IMG/VR virus record: IMGVR_UViG_3300020308_000002
Location: 1-64,000 of that record
DNA length: 64,000 nt
DNA from: a virus
Taxonomy: Duplodnaviria > Caudoviricetes
Direction: 5' to 3' (one strand)
The position numbers were made by a program, and so were the translations under genes. Below are positions 52,420 to 61,317 of the stretch, piece by piece (positions within the stretch are counted from its first letter, which is position 1; each line of letters starts with the position of its first letter). The notes under the pieces are model-generated. The model saw nothing but the letters and a program-made list of their open reading frames with translations. It had not been told where the DNA came from and did no database searches.

Positions 52420-52853
52420 TGATAGAAGAAAGTTTATTTGATAAATTTCCTGATTCGTTTATTGCTCCTGATGGTAATAAATACTTGAGCATTCGTTCTA
52501 TTGTTTATGATTCATGGATTACTTGGCAAGATGCCATACCGTTTTCTAAAGATCAGCATCAAGCTTTGACTCCAGAAATACATACAAACATTATTGAATT
52601 AGCAACAAAAATACATAAGTTACATCAATCTTTTCCTAACTATAAAACGTTAACAGAACCTCCTTTTGAATTTGTTTTATGGTGGGATCCATTAGATAAA
52701 GACCCTGCATGGAACCAAGGTAAAACATGTCGATTTATGATTGATGAATTCACTGCTGCAGATATTGAATATTACAATTCCAATAAGAAAAATAGCAGAC
52801 TATCTGTTAAGCCTTTAACAAGAAGATTAGTAGAAGTAACTCTAAGTACCTAA
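52419..52853 (+). CDS. Hypothetical protein, weak peptidase M15-like resemblance
   Basis: ITWQDA...NIIELA..I...PFEFVLWWDP...GKTCRF; no Zn-ligand His/Asp. Confidence 0.35.
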   Translation: MIEESLFDKFPDSFIAPDGNKYLSIRSIVYDSWITWQDAIPFSKDQHQALTPEIHTNIIELATKIHKLHQSFPNYKTLTEPPFEFVLWWDPLDKDPAWNQGKTCRFMIDEFTAADIEYYNSNKKNSRLSVKPLTRRLVEVTLST

Positions 52854-53117
52854 ATCCCTACGAGCTTCCCATGAGGCAGCTCTTCCGCCATATTCACCGC
52901 TACCAAGCTTCTCGAATACTTTCTTTTTCTCTGCAGCTTCAGCAGATCTTCTATTCAGAACGCTTAAGCCAGAGCCTGTATCAATACTTTTTCTTCCTCC
53001 TGTACTTCCACCATAAGATTGAGCATTAGCATTAGCAGTTCTTGCTGCCGCTAAATATTTTCTGACCAAACCATCGGTCTTACGATTTCTATACGGAGCT
53101 CCTGAATTGCCTCTCAA
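52842..53117 (-). CDS. Basic Gly-rich hypothetical protein
   Basis: ORF track. Confidence 0.55.
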   Translation of the reverse strand: MRGNSGAPYRNRKTDGLVRKYLAAARTANANAQSYGGSTGGRKSIDTGSGLSVLNRRSAEAAEKKKVFEKLGSGEYGGRAASWEARRDLGT

Positions 53118-53156
53118 AACTTGTTATGACTTGATTCCTTTTCTATCCTAGGCAAA

Positions 53157-53489
53157 ATGGAATCATTAATGGAGAAGACACGTTTTGATCTCGTCCCTTG
53201 GCAAGCTGTTGGAGACATCGCTGACGTTCTCGGCTACGGCGCTCGAAAGTATAGCTCTAATAATTGGTGTAGGGGAACTGAGTGGGGGCGTTACTTTGCC
53301 GCGCTATGTAGACACCTCTTTGCTTGGTGGAGAGGAGAGAACAATGACCCCGAGACAGGATACTCTCACCTTGCCCACGCAGGCTGCTGCCTCCTCTTCC
53401 TTATGGAATACCAACGAAATGGATGGGGAACCGATGATCGATTCACAGGACCCGATTCAGAAACCTTTACAAAAGGAGACGGCAGATAA
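53157..53489 (+). CDS. dATP/dGTP diphosphohydrolase domain protein (DUF5664)
   Basis: RFDLVP...VLGYGARKY..NNW...ALCRHL...DPETGYSHLAHA.CC..FL. Confidence 0.9.
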   Translation: MESLMEKTRFDLVPWQAVGDIADVLGYGARKYSSNNWCRGTEWGRYFAALCRHLFAWWRGENNDPETGYSHLAHAGCCLLFLMEYQRNGWGTDDRFTGPDSETFTKGDGR

Positions 53490-53675
53490 TTAATCGTCAG
53501 AATCTAACGATTTCACTAAATCAGAGACATCAATCAATGCATCTATCCTTAAAGACATGTCGGCAATATGTTTAGCAACTATAGGCTCTTCAGTTCTCGC
53601 AGCAAAGGCCAAAGTCTCACGTAATCTAGCTTGAGCAGATCTCAGTCCTTCTTCTACTGTTTTAGTTAATTTCAT
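53490..53675 (-). CDS. Hypothetical protein
   Basis: AQARLRETLAFAARTEEP helical motif. Confidence 0.7.
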   Translation of the reverse strand: MKLTKTVEEGLRSAQARLRETLAFAARTEEPIVAKHIADMSLRIDALIDVSDLVKSLDSDD

Positions 53676-54106
53676 TGTTTTTGTTGCAGTTGTTCAAAAT
53701 TTTTGAGCATTGCATCTAACTCTTTCATTTTTTCTAAGTTAGCTTGTGCTGCTTTCAATGTAGACGTAGATGGAACCCTTGCTTGATCTGGTTGTTTAGA
53801 GGGAACCGTAAAAGGGTTGACAGGATCTTTTTGAACAAAACTACCAGCGACTTTTCCATTCATTTCGCTTTGAACAGCTTGCATGACTAAAGGAGGAACC
53901 TGATTGATTGCAGACTGAACTTCATTACGAGAAATCAAAGTAGGTATGATTCTTTCGACAATATCAACTCTGGTTACCAACTCGCTGTATTCGCTGTGTT
54001 CATGATAAGCAAGGTCTTCTTTCTTCCCCTTAAGCTTTGAGGTAATTGCACTGCCCGAAAAAATTCCTACTAAAACTGCGGCTGCTCCTGCTATTAAAGC
54101 TTCCAT
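53672..54106 (-). CDS. Membrane-anchored coiled-coil protein
   Basis: N-terminal TM segment. Confidence 0.7.
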   Translation of the reverse strand: MEALIAGAAAVLVGIFSGSAITSKLKGKKEDLAYHEHSEYSELVTRVDIVERIIPTLISRNEVQSAINQVPPLVMQAVQSEMNGKVAGSFVQKDPVNPFTVPSKQPDQARVPSTSTLKAAQANLEKMKELDAMLKNFEQLQQKQ

Positions 54107-54141
54107 CTAATTAATACTTGTATCAGTAATAGTGTATCGAG

Positions 54142-54483
54142 TTATTCTTCAGATTCAAGGACTATGGCATCCATGTCTAATTCCATGTTGGCTTCGTCAA
54201 AAAGATTTTGCATGATCTCTTCTGCCTCTTCGACGGAAGGAGCATAGCCATTTTCTGCTTCGAACTCGTCACAAGCAGTGTTTGAAATGATTGCTGTACC
54301 TTCGTTTAATTTGAAATTAAATCCAGCTTCTCTTGCACTATCCAGAAAAGCTGCCTTCTGCCTGAACCTCGCCTCCCAAGAGTCTAGTAATGCCACAATA
54401 AGCTCCTCCCTGCTGAAGTTCTGTATCTCTATTGAAATTTTGTTGAGAGTGAACTGTTGTTCGAGGCTCAAATCTATCGGCAT
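54142..54483 (-). CDS. nblA: NblA-like phycobilisome degradation adaptor with acidic extension
   Basis: MPIDLSLEQQF...IQNFSREELIVALL matches the NblA LSLEQQF signature. Confidence 0.65.
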   Translation of the reverse strand: MPIDLSLEQQFTLNKISIEIQNFSREELIVALLDSWEARFRQKAAFLDSAREAGFNFKLNEGTAIISNTACDEFEAENGYAPSVEEAEEIMQNLFDEANMELDMDAIVLESEE

Positions 54484-54850
54484 GTCTTCCTCCTTTTGCT
54501 ATTAACCATAAGTCTAAATCCTCCGTAAGTCGTGGCTTGATCCATGATTCTATTCGTGAGGCTCTTTGAACACAAAAGAAACTTTGACTTTTGTACCAAG
54601 ACTGCCAATCACGATGAGAACCTTTGTTTGCATTGCATGTTCTGCAAGCGGGAACCAAGTTATTTCTCATACTATCGCCTCCGTGAACTCGAGGCTTAAC
54701 ATGGTCAATCGTTAGATAAGTAGGCTTGTCACCACAGTAGGCGCAACATCCCCATTCATCTTTGATTGACTGGCGAAATCTTTTACGCGCTGCTTTCCTT
54801 GTCAGTTCGACAAGGCCAAAGACGTAATTTCCCCAGTGCTCTGGTGTCAA
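54338..54850 (-). CDS. HNH endonuclease
   Basis: CAYCG, TIDHVKP..GG, NLVPACRTCNANKG. Confidence 0.9.
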   Translation of the reverse strand: MTPEHWGNYVFGLVELTRKAARKRFRQSIKDEWGCCAYCGDKPTYLTIDHVKPRVHGGDSMRNNLVPACRTCNANKGSHRDWQSWYKSQSFFCVQRASRIESWIKPRLTEDLDLWLIAKGGRHADRFEPRTTVHSQQNFNRDTELQQGGAYCGITRLLGGEVQAEGSFSG

Positions 54851-54951
54851 TAGGAATATTCAGTTACATTTAGATTAAGAAAAATTCAAGTTGATTTTTT
54901 TGTATTCACTACTGAAAATCATCTAAGATTAGAAATGGCACCTATTTTCCC

Positions 54952-55218
54952 ATGAAAAATCCTTTTCACATCCTTGGCGTATTAGGCTTTCTTATGTCAG
55001 GTGGCATGCTTCTTTCTGCTGGAATAGTCAGTTTCTATCTAAGCACTCCAAAAGGAAAAGAAGCAGCACAACAAAGATTAATTAAACAAGTTGGACCGAT
55101 TATCCAATCTCAAATCAAGAATGCACTACCTGGTATCGGTGGTAGTCCTTCTAATGGCACTAGCAGTCTTTTATCTATTCCTAGTACCACTGGGCCAGTT
55201 ATGCCAGTTAACAAGTAA
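54952..55218 (+). CDS. Small membrane-anchored protein
   Basis: N-terminal TM segment; Pro/Gly/Ser tail. Confidence 0.7.
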   Translation: MKNPFHILGVLGFLMSGGMLLSAGIVSFYLSTPKGKEAAQQRLIKQVGPIIQSQIKNALPGIGGSPSNGTSSLLSIPSTTGPVMPVNK

Positions 55219-55223
55219 GATCA

Positions 55224-56018
55224 GTGGGTTCCATCCCTCGGATAGGAGTACGGGAGATATACGTCCCGCAAATTCCGACATGGGCAATTGACTTACCTCT
55301 TAGTATTCCTCAAGCTCCTCCTGTCACGCTACAGATAGGATTCCCAACCGTTGAGATGCCAGGTTGTGTTGAAGCAAGAGAGACTCAAGGTAATAATAAG
55401 CTGGCAGAAGAAGACCCTCAAGGCAATCTAACGCTTTGTACTGGGCCAGGGATGCCCTATTTCAATCCTCCTGAATTCGACCCTAGTAAAGAGTTAGTCG
55501 TTATTCCAATGGAGAGTCAGGTCAATCTTGGAGCAGTGAGTGGACTAGGAAATAATTCTAAAACTAATGAACAATCTTCAGAGGGAACGCCTCAAGACAC
55601 TAATATTCCTGATCTTAACCTTGACGGTGTTTCACCTACTCTCCCTAATTTGCCATGTCCTAGACCAGGAAGTCCACCCCCCGGAGCTTATGGAAAATAC
55701 GGCACGAAGCGAGTTACTGGATATGAAAAAACTTCTAATGGCGAATGTATCACGTTATATGAAGATATAGCTCTATTGAATGTAATAAATAACTACACTC
55801 CTCCTCCTGCGACTGTTTTAAATACTACTTCGATAGCTGTAGGCGCAACTCTAGGGGTGGCCCTAGTGGGCCAACCTCTCCAGCAGTACTTAATGAAGAT
55901 TGTGAAGCCTCTGACGAAGAAAGTGACGAAGTTGATCCTGAAGAAGATTCTGAAGAAGCCTGAGAAGATTCTGTCGGTTCGAGAACGGATGATTGATCAG
56001 AGGAAGAATCGAAAGTAA
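55224..56018 (+). CDS. Pro-rich protein with C-terminal TM and basic tail
   Basis: MPGCVEAR, CPRPG; IAVGATLGVALVG followed by a Lys-rich end. Confidence 0.7.
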   Translation: MGSIPRIGVREIYVPQIPTWAIDLPLSIPQAPPVTLQIGFPTVEMPGCVEARETQGNNKLAEEDPQGNLTLCTGPGMPYFNPPEFDPSKELVVIPMESQVNLGAVSGLGNNSKTNEQSSEGTPQDTNIPDLNLDGVSPTLPNLPCPRPGSPPPGAYGKYGTKRVTGYEKTSNGECITLYEDIALLNVINNYTPPPATVLNTTSIAVGATLGVALVGQPLQQYLMKIVKPLTKKVTKLILKKILKKPEKILSVRERMIDQRKNRK

Positions 56019-56670
56019 TAGGTGGTATTGAATGACTGTGATTTAATAACACCCCAGGAGGCGAAGTTAATAAAACGTCCTCACATATAACTTTGTATTT
56101 GCTGGTTGGATCCCACACTATGCCCTCCTTCGCTAAGGTTCCACAATGCTTCAATCTTGAAATCTCATAGTCAAGCACCCTTAAGTTTAACTGTGCCTTC
56201 CTGAGAGCTATTTCAGTGGCAGCAGCATCCTTACAAAGAGCCATCATCTGCTTATCCAGTGGTCGACTCCATTGAGCCGTTACACCGAGATTGAGGGAGT
56301 AGTTATCCTTCTGCAAGGTTTGTACTGTCTTGTACCAAAGAATATCGCCAGGGTTGTCTGGAGCTCCGTCACCATCAATATCTCGAACGTCGTATACTGG
56401 ATCCTCGTATGTTTCAAAAAATGGTTTTTTAATATTTGCCGAACGCCCAACATAAGGAGATATTGTTAACGTTTCTGATTGACAAACCACACCATTAGTA
56501 AATGCTGACTGCATAAAATTTCCTGTCAGGACTTGGTATGCATTCACATTTGCTTGACCGGAAGAGTTAGCCACCGGATTAGACGTAGCCGATATCCCTC
56601 CTACATCACTCGCCTTGACGACAGGACAAAAAGGGATTAGCATTAATATGCTAAGAACCCTTGGTATCAC
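55825..56670 (-). CDS. Signal-peptide protein
   Basis: Start moved to GTG 56670 (GTGA overlap); VIPRVLSILMLIPFCPVVKA-SDV signal peptide; SATSNPVANSSG. Confidence 0.7.
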   Translation of the reverse strand: MIPRVLSILMLIPFCPVVKASDVGGISATSNPVANSSGQANVNAYQVLTGNFMQSAFTNGVVCQSETLTISPYVGRSANIKKPFFETYEDPVYDVRDIDGDGAPDNPGDILWYKTVQTLQKDNYSLNLGVTAQWSRPLDKQMMALCKDAAATEIALRKAQLNLRVLDYEISRLKHCGTLAKEGIVWDPTSKYKVICEDVLLTSPPGVLLNHSHSIPPITFDSSSDQSSVLEPTESSQASSESSSGSTSSLSSSEASQSSLSTAGEVGPLGPPLELRLQLSK

Positions 56671-57155
56671 TGAGAAAACACGGAAACCGATTCTATCGTT
56701 GTGTCCGTCTCTATGGTTCTCGTTATGGTTGTGCGATTCTGGAGTCCGGGTCCGGAATAACTGGATTGAAATTGGAATGCGGCTCCCGGTTGAGTCAGCG
56801 TCCAGTTCGGTTTGTTTTGAACGTCCAGACCTGTCCATTTAGTCGTAATGCCTGACGCAGCAGTTGTATTTGTATTGATTATGGCAGATGGCTCAATAGA
56901 TGCACCATTTAAAGAAATACCTGTGCCACTTACCGTATACTGCCAACCGGTGGCGAAATCCTCTGACACTATCGCCTCAGATATCACAGATCGCGACGTT
57001 GTCGTTTGGGTGAGCTGACCGGACGAAAAATTTGGTACTACCGGAACCGCACCTGCAGGTATGGCAAAGACACCCGCCGCAATTACGACATACTTTAATT
57101 TCGATATGGCGCCAACAATCGGGGCAGCCAGTCTCTCGGATGCATGAGTAGACAT
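56667..57155 (-). CDS. Signal-peptide, Thr/Ser-rich beta protein
   Basis: AIPAGA-VPVVPNF cleavage-like site. Confidence 0.75.
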   Translation of the reverse strand: MSTHASERLAAPIVGAISKLKYVVIAAGVFAIPAGAVPVVPNFSSGQLTQTTTSRSVISEAIVSEDFATGWQYTVSGTGISLNGASIEPSAIINTNTTAASGITTKWTGLDVQNKPNWTLTQPGAAFQFQSSYSGPGLQNRTTITRTIETDTTIESVSVFSQ

Positions 57156-57162
57156 ATGACAT

Positions 57163-57693
57163 CTACTTCACGTTAAGAGTAGATATAAATTGTCCAATCG
57201 CCGTAGTACCCGCGCCGCCGGCAGTTAACGACGTAATTGTTCCACCAGCTAAACTCGATACTCCACCAGCCAAGGTGCCTTTAGTACCTCCGGCAAACGT
57301 GGTGGTGCTTCCGAAAGCCGGAATGGACTGTACCTGACCGGTGGTTGTCGACACAGTTGAACCGGCGTTTATTGCAGGTATGGCGTCTCCCTGGAGCCAA
57401 CTTTCAGAAAAACTGAACTGATTTCCGGTGGTATTAATATCGTACGTACCAGCCTTCATTGTCGATGCCGCAGTAGCTGAGCCGGCTGTTAAGCCTCCAA
57501 ATACATCGCTATTACCAGCTCCAACTTTAATATTTGTACCGCTTACTGCGTAAGTTGAACCCAACCTAGTTGCAACTGAGCTAGCACCATCCACGGTGAG
57601 CTGCACCGAAGAACTCAGGCTATGAGTGATATCTGCCATCGCAGGTGCTGCAACCGATGCAAGTAACAGCGCTGGTAAAACTATGCGCTTCAT
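57163..57693 (-). CDS. Signal-peptide, Gly/Ser/Thr-rich beta protein
   Basis: MKRIVLPALLLASVAAPAMA-DITHSLSSSVQL. Confidence 0.8.
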   Translation of the reverse strand: MKRIVLPALLLASVAAPAMADITHSLSSSVQLTVDGASSVATRLGSTYAVSGTNIKVGAGNSDVFGGLTAGSATAASTMKAGTYDINTTGNQFSFSESWLQGDAIPAINAGSTVSTTTGQVQSIPAFGSTTTFAGGTKGTLAGGVSSLAGGTITSLTAGGAGTTAIGQFISTLNVK

Positions 57694-57835
57694 GGAAGGG
57701 ATTCGAATGTCTCCTTCTATAGTAGGTAATTATTTTTGCTTACAGATTTGCTTCGCCTGCCAATGTTGCAGACGATACTGTTGTCTAAGAATCTCTTGGC
57801 AATGCTCGCAAGAGCACTCATTTTGATGCTGATAA

Positions 57836-58099
57836 TTACTTCCTACTCTTTGGTCCTGTGTGTCCATGAGCAATACCTAGTTCGTGCATCTTGGAATGTT
57901 CATCAATAGTATCTCTTAACTCTTTCTTTCCTGCTCCCAATGTGAAGTAAAGCCCATATGCGACCAAAGATAAAACTATTAATCCGAAAAATAATATAAA
58001 ACCTTGGTCAGGAGTTAAATGAAAATGAGGAATCATAGGCTGTTTTTCCCATGTTCCAGGCAAGGAATAAACAGAAGGTATAGAGAGTAAAAGCGTCAT
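57836..58099 (-). CDS. psbN: PsbN-like protein
   Basis: TM helix followed by YGLYFTLG...ELRDTIDEH, compare PsbN LYTAFG...LRDPFEEH. Confidence 0.6.
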   Translation of the reverse strand: MTLLLSIPSVYSLPGTWEKQPMIPHFHLTPDQGFILFFGLIVLSLVAYGLYFTLGAGKKELRDTIDEHSKMHELGIAHGHTGPKSRK

Positions 58100-58308
58100 A
58101 AATAAGCCTTAGAGATGTTAGTTGCAAACCCTATAAGAGTAACGCCAGCGGCTAATACTGCTGCGGCACCTATGACCCATTTTTCTACAGCCTTAAGCCG
58201 TTCACGTAACTCATCCTGCTTCTCTTCCAGTCTTTCGATCTTTAGAGCTTGTACTGTCAGACGAGTCTCTTGAGACGCATCAACATGTGAATGGTTTTCG
58301 CAGGTCAT
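58096..58308 (-). CDS. Coiled-coil plus C-terminal TM protein
   Basis: RLKAVEKWVIGAAAVLAAG. Confidence 0.7.
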   Translation of the reverse strand: MTCENHSHVDASQETRLTVQALKIERLEEKQDELRERLKAVEKWVIGAAAVLAAGVTLIGFATNISKAYL

Positions 58309-58745
58309 GATTTTTTAGAAGAATTAACAACATCTGCACCTAAGATTTTAATCGGAGTTTCTACACGAATTGTCTGGAAACCACCCCCTGTATTCATTAA
58401 GGCCAACATCTCCTTTTTACTTAGAGGCTTATCATCGCCACTAGCGTCATAAGTTCCATCACCTTTCTTCTTAGCACTCTTATCCAGGCCAAAACTTGCA
58501 AGCGAAGAAGCCAGGAGCGACGCCGGAAAAGTTATATCCTGCTTTTCCCCTGACGTCAACCCAGGAATCTCTGGCAAATAATTTAAGGTCACTAGTGCCC
58601 CGGACCAAGCAACTACTACCAGTCTCACTAGGACTGAGATGTACTCAAACTGTTCGTCTTTATCGTCTACCTTCTCCTTGATCTTTTGAAAAATGCTCTT
58701 CTTCTCTTCCGCTTTTGGAGCTTCCTTATCTGCCGTAGTAGCCAT
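58305..58745 (-). CDS. Two-TM membrane protein
   Basis: LVRLVVVAWSGALVTL...LASFGL. Confidence 0.75.
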   Translation of the reverse strand: MATTADKEAPKAEEKKSIFQKIKEKVDDKDEQFEYISVLVRLVVVAWSGALVTLNYLPEIPGLTSGEKQDITFPASLLASSLASFGLDKSAKKKGDGTYDASGDDKPLSKKEMLALMNTGGGFQTIRVETPIKILGADVVNSSKKS

Positions 58746-58779
58746 TTCATTTTTCTAATCTACATTAATAGTAGACGTT

Positions 58780-59007
58780 TTAAGTTGGGTAGTACGCAGG
58801 GACTAATGTACCTCTATCGTCATCGTCGTCATCGTCGTCCTTGAAAGGTAATTCACCCAGCATAAGAATGCTAACGATGAATACAGATATAACAGGTAGA
58901 AATGGAAATAGAAAAGCTAATTGAAGTGTTGACGGGTCAGCTAGTTCGTTCATGAAGTTTGTTTTGTGCTTTGAGAGCTTTTTTAAGGATCTTGCGTGCT
59001 TGGTCAC
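58780..59007 (-). CDS. Small TM protein with poly-Asp tail (true start probably internal, MNELADP)
   Basis: PFKDDDDDDDDRGTLVPAY. Confidence 0.6.
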   Translation of the reverse strand: MTKHARSLKKLSKHKTNFMNELADPSTLQLAFLFPFLPVISVFIVSILMLGELPFKDDDDDDDDRGTLVPAYYPT

Positions 59008-59122
59008 GAGTCACGCACTTCTCCGCCTTTTTATTAAGACGTAAAAGTTTTTGATGTTGTTTCTTAATGTTAGGCTTTTCTGTTTTCGTACTGATTCGCA
59101 TTAACCAAACCTCCTGCACCAT
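58937..59122 (-). CDS. Small basic protein
   Basis: AEKCVTRDQARKILKKA. Confidence 0.55.
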   Translation of the reverse strand: MVQEVWLMRISTKTEKPNIKKQHQKLLRLNKKAEKCVTRDQARKILKKALKAQNKLHERTS

Positions 59123-59990
59123 AAAGTCCTAATAAGGCTCCTAACGTACCACCTCCATATAAAGCAGCTTTTCTATAACGACCCATTACTGGAGGTCTCA
59201 TTTGCTTAGCCTTATCTAGAGCCTGAGCTATATCATCAGCTTTAGCCATTGTTACAGATGGATCCGCAACTCCAGGAGCATTAGCAATGCTTCTCTTCAT
59301 TAATTCAGCTTCCTGTTCAGGAGTCATTGCTCTTCGCTGAGCATAAATTTGAGCCTCTTCAGCTTGTGAAGCCTGCTGAACTTCTGCTAAAGCTGCAAGT
59401 TGTTCAGGGCTTAACTTGTAAACACTATCTGGTGCTGCTCCAAGATCTCCTTGTAACTCTTTAATAACCGAATTGTAGACTTCACCTTGCAAAGTTTGTG
59501 GACTTATGTTTCTTTCTTTTAATCTTTCTTTTCTAAGACCTTCTTGCATTCGATATGATTCACTTCTATCTCTTGTCCTACCTGGATTCACATAATCTTC
59601 GTCAGGAGGAGTAGCAGTAGGAGTTACGTTTGTTGACTCAGGAGCATTCAAAGTAGAAGCTGGTGGCTTATTGACTAAAGCGTCAGCATCATATCCTTGC
59701 TGAGTTAACCTTTGTCTGATTTCTCCTTCTCCTACGTTGTCAATAGCTGCTTGAACAAAGGCTTCTTCTCCTTGAGTAGAGAGCAACACATTTCGAACAA
59801 CACTTTTAGCCGCTCCATCACCTGCTTTAGCGAGGATAACAATATCATTAAAAGCTCTTTTAGCAGCTTCGTCTCCTGCTATTAATCCAACTTTCAGCAA
59901 GCCTAAAGAACCAGCTAGCCCTTTACGACCAGACATTGCCCAGTCGTCGGCAGCTTTTAATACTCGATCAATACCGCTGTTCGGATCCAT
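59070..59990 (-). CDS. Hypothetical protein with C-terminal glycine zipper
   Basis: GGTLGALLGLYGAGG. Confidence 0.75.
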   Translation of the reverse strand: MDPNSGIDRVLKAADDWAMSGRKGLAGSLGLLKVGLIAGDEAAKRAFNDIVILAKAGDGAAKSVVRNVLLSTQGEEAFVQAAIDNVGEGEIRQRLTQQGYDADALVNKPPASTLNAPESTNVTPTATPPDEDYVNPGRTRDRSESYRMQEGLRKERLKERNISPQTLQGEVYNSVIKELQGDLGAAPDSVYKLSPEQLAALAEVQQASQAEEAQIYAQRRAMTPEQEAELMKRSIANAPGVADPSVTMAKADDIAQALDKAKQMRPPVMGRYRKAALYGGGTLGALLGLYGAGGLVNANQYENRKA

Positions 59991-60481
59991 TAGTAGTTAT
60001 TGTATTGATATCCTGGAGCCACATTAGGGAGCATGATCTCAGGCAAGGGTGTTCTAGGAGCCATTCCTCGTGCCTCTCCCATTTGAGCACCTAATTGAGC
60101 TTCGTAAGGTATTACTGGGATTCTTTGTATTGCTGGATTCAATATTCCGTCTACTGCCTCTGCTGCGTCTAATTCGTCCTGAATAGCTTTTAATTCTGAT
60201 CCTGAAGGACCGCCAAAGCCAACACCAAAGGGCTCACCACTTGCTTCTCTTGCATTCGTTAATCCTTCGGTCGTAACATTACCTTCTGGCGTTAAATTTG
60301 GATTATTATGATGAGCTAAAAGCTGAATACCTTGATCATCCTCCAAGGCTGTACCTCCCAATATACCTTCTACATCCTCTGCAAAAGCATTAGGATCACC
60401 AGTAAGTTTGCTTGACAACCAAGCCGCTAAAGCCCGTTGATCTTCCTCCGTATTACCGAAGCCTCCTGCAGCTAATCTCAA
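59990..60481 (-). CDS. Acidic hypothetical protein
   Basis: TAATG coupling. Confidence 0.65.
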   Translation of the reverse strand: MRLAAGGFGNTEEDQRALAAWLSSKLTGDPNAFAEDVEGILGGTALEDDQGIQLLAHHNNPNLTPEGNVTTEGLTNAREASGEPFGVGFGGPSGSELKAIQDELDAAEAVDGILNPAIQRIPVIPYEAQLGAQMGEARGMAPRTPLPEIMLPNVAPGYQYNNY

Positions 60482-60540
60482 GGGTCTAACAGATTACGTT
60501 CATTCCCTATTGTAGTAGGTATTATGACATCACTCGTCTA

Positions 60541-61272
60541 CTATCGAGGTACAAACAGATTATCAGTAAAGTAATATCCTTTCTTATCTTTCAGGCTATC
60601 TGGTGTTTGATACACAGTATCCAAAGGTAAATAATTAAACCAACCAGTTGCAATATATTTTGTTTCAGTAGGACTAACGATTCCACGATGTGTATAAGTC
60701 CAATCCACAGGCCATATAACAGTCAAACCTTTTTGTGCTTTCAGTTTTAATTTTTGATGATCCCATTCCGTTCCTCCTCCGTCGTGAACATCATTTAAAT
60801 AGGTCATCCATGTTAAGTGACGAGCTATAGTTGTTGCATTCATCGAAGATCTTTCTGTATGCCACCTAAAAAATGCTTCGTTAGGTTTGTACTTTTGAAT
60901 ATTAAATACTTCATATAACGCATTTCCCCATGCCTGATGAGCTAATTCGCAATTAGGAAATTTTTTACAATAATCGTCTAAAACTTTATTTAATTCTGTA
61001 TTAAACTTTTTAATTCTTTCATCCTTCATTAAATATGGCACTCCTAAATCAGTAGATTTTTTACCTTTTTCATCTAGTTGATTGTTATTAGAACCAGCCA
61101 ATCTCCCTTCTCTTTTTAAACAAATCCAATATCTTCCATCCTCGTGAGGAATATTGTGCGTACCCATAGGGGTTTCTTCAAAATATTCAATCAATCCATC
61201 GCAAATATCTGGATCTATTTTTCTCCCATACAAAAATTCATGGTGAGTAAATTCCATATAAAAACCGCCCAT
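60541..61272 (-). CDS. 2OG-Fe(II) oxygenase (prolyl-hydroxylase-like)
   Basis: WHTE, RHLTWMTYLND..GGGTE, WTYTHRG, KYIATGW. Confidence 0.9.
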   Translation of the reverse strand: MGGFYMEFTHHEFLYGRKIDPDICDGLIEYFEETPMGTHNIPHEDGRYWICLKREGRLAGSNNNQLDEKGKKSTDLGVPYLMKDERIKKFNTELNKVLDDYCKKFPNCELAHQAWGNALYEVFNIQKYKPNEAFFRWHTERSSMNATTIARHLTWMTYLNDVHDGGGTEWDHQKLKLKAQKGLTVIWPVDWTYTHRGIVSPTETKYIATGWFNYLPLDTVYQTPDSLKDKKGYYFTDNLFVPR

Positions 61273-61317
61273 ACTTAGTACAGTATGAACGGTTTTCAGT
61301 GAAAATCTATTAACTAA

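Noticed and set aside
53185-53493. 102-aa ORF nested in the diphosphohydrolase gene
   Set aside because: No motifs; likely a chance +1 frame, unlike the nested methyltransferase ORF
56671-56838. N-terminal extension of ORF 55825-56838
   Set aside because: Overlaps the upstream gene; GTG 56670 gives a clean signal peptide and stop-start coupling
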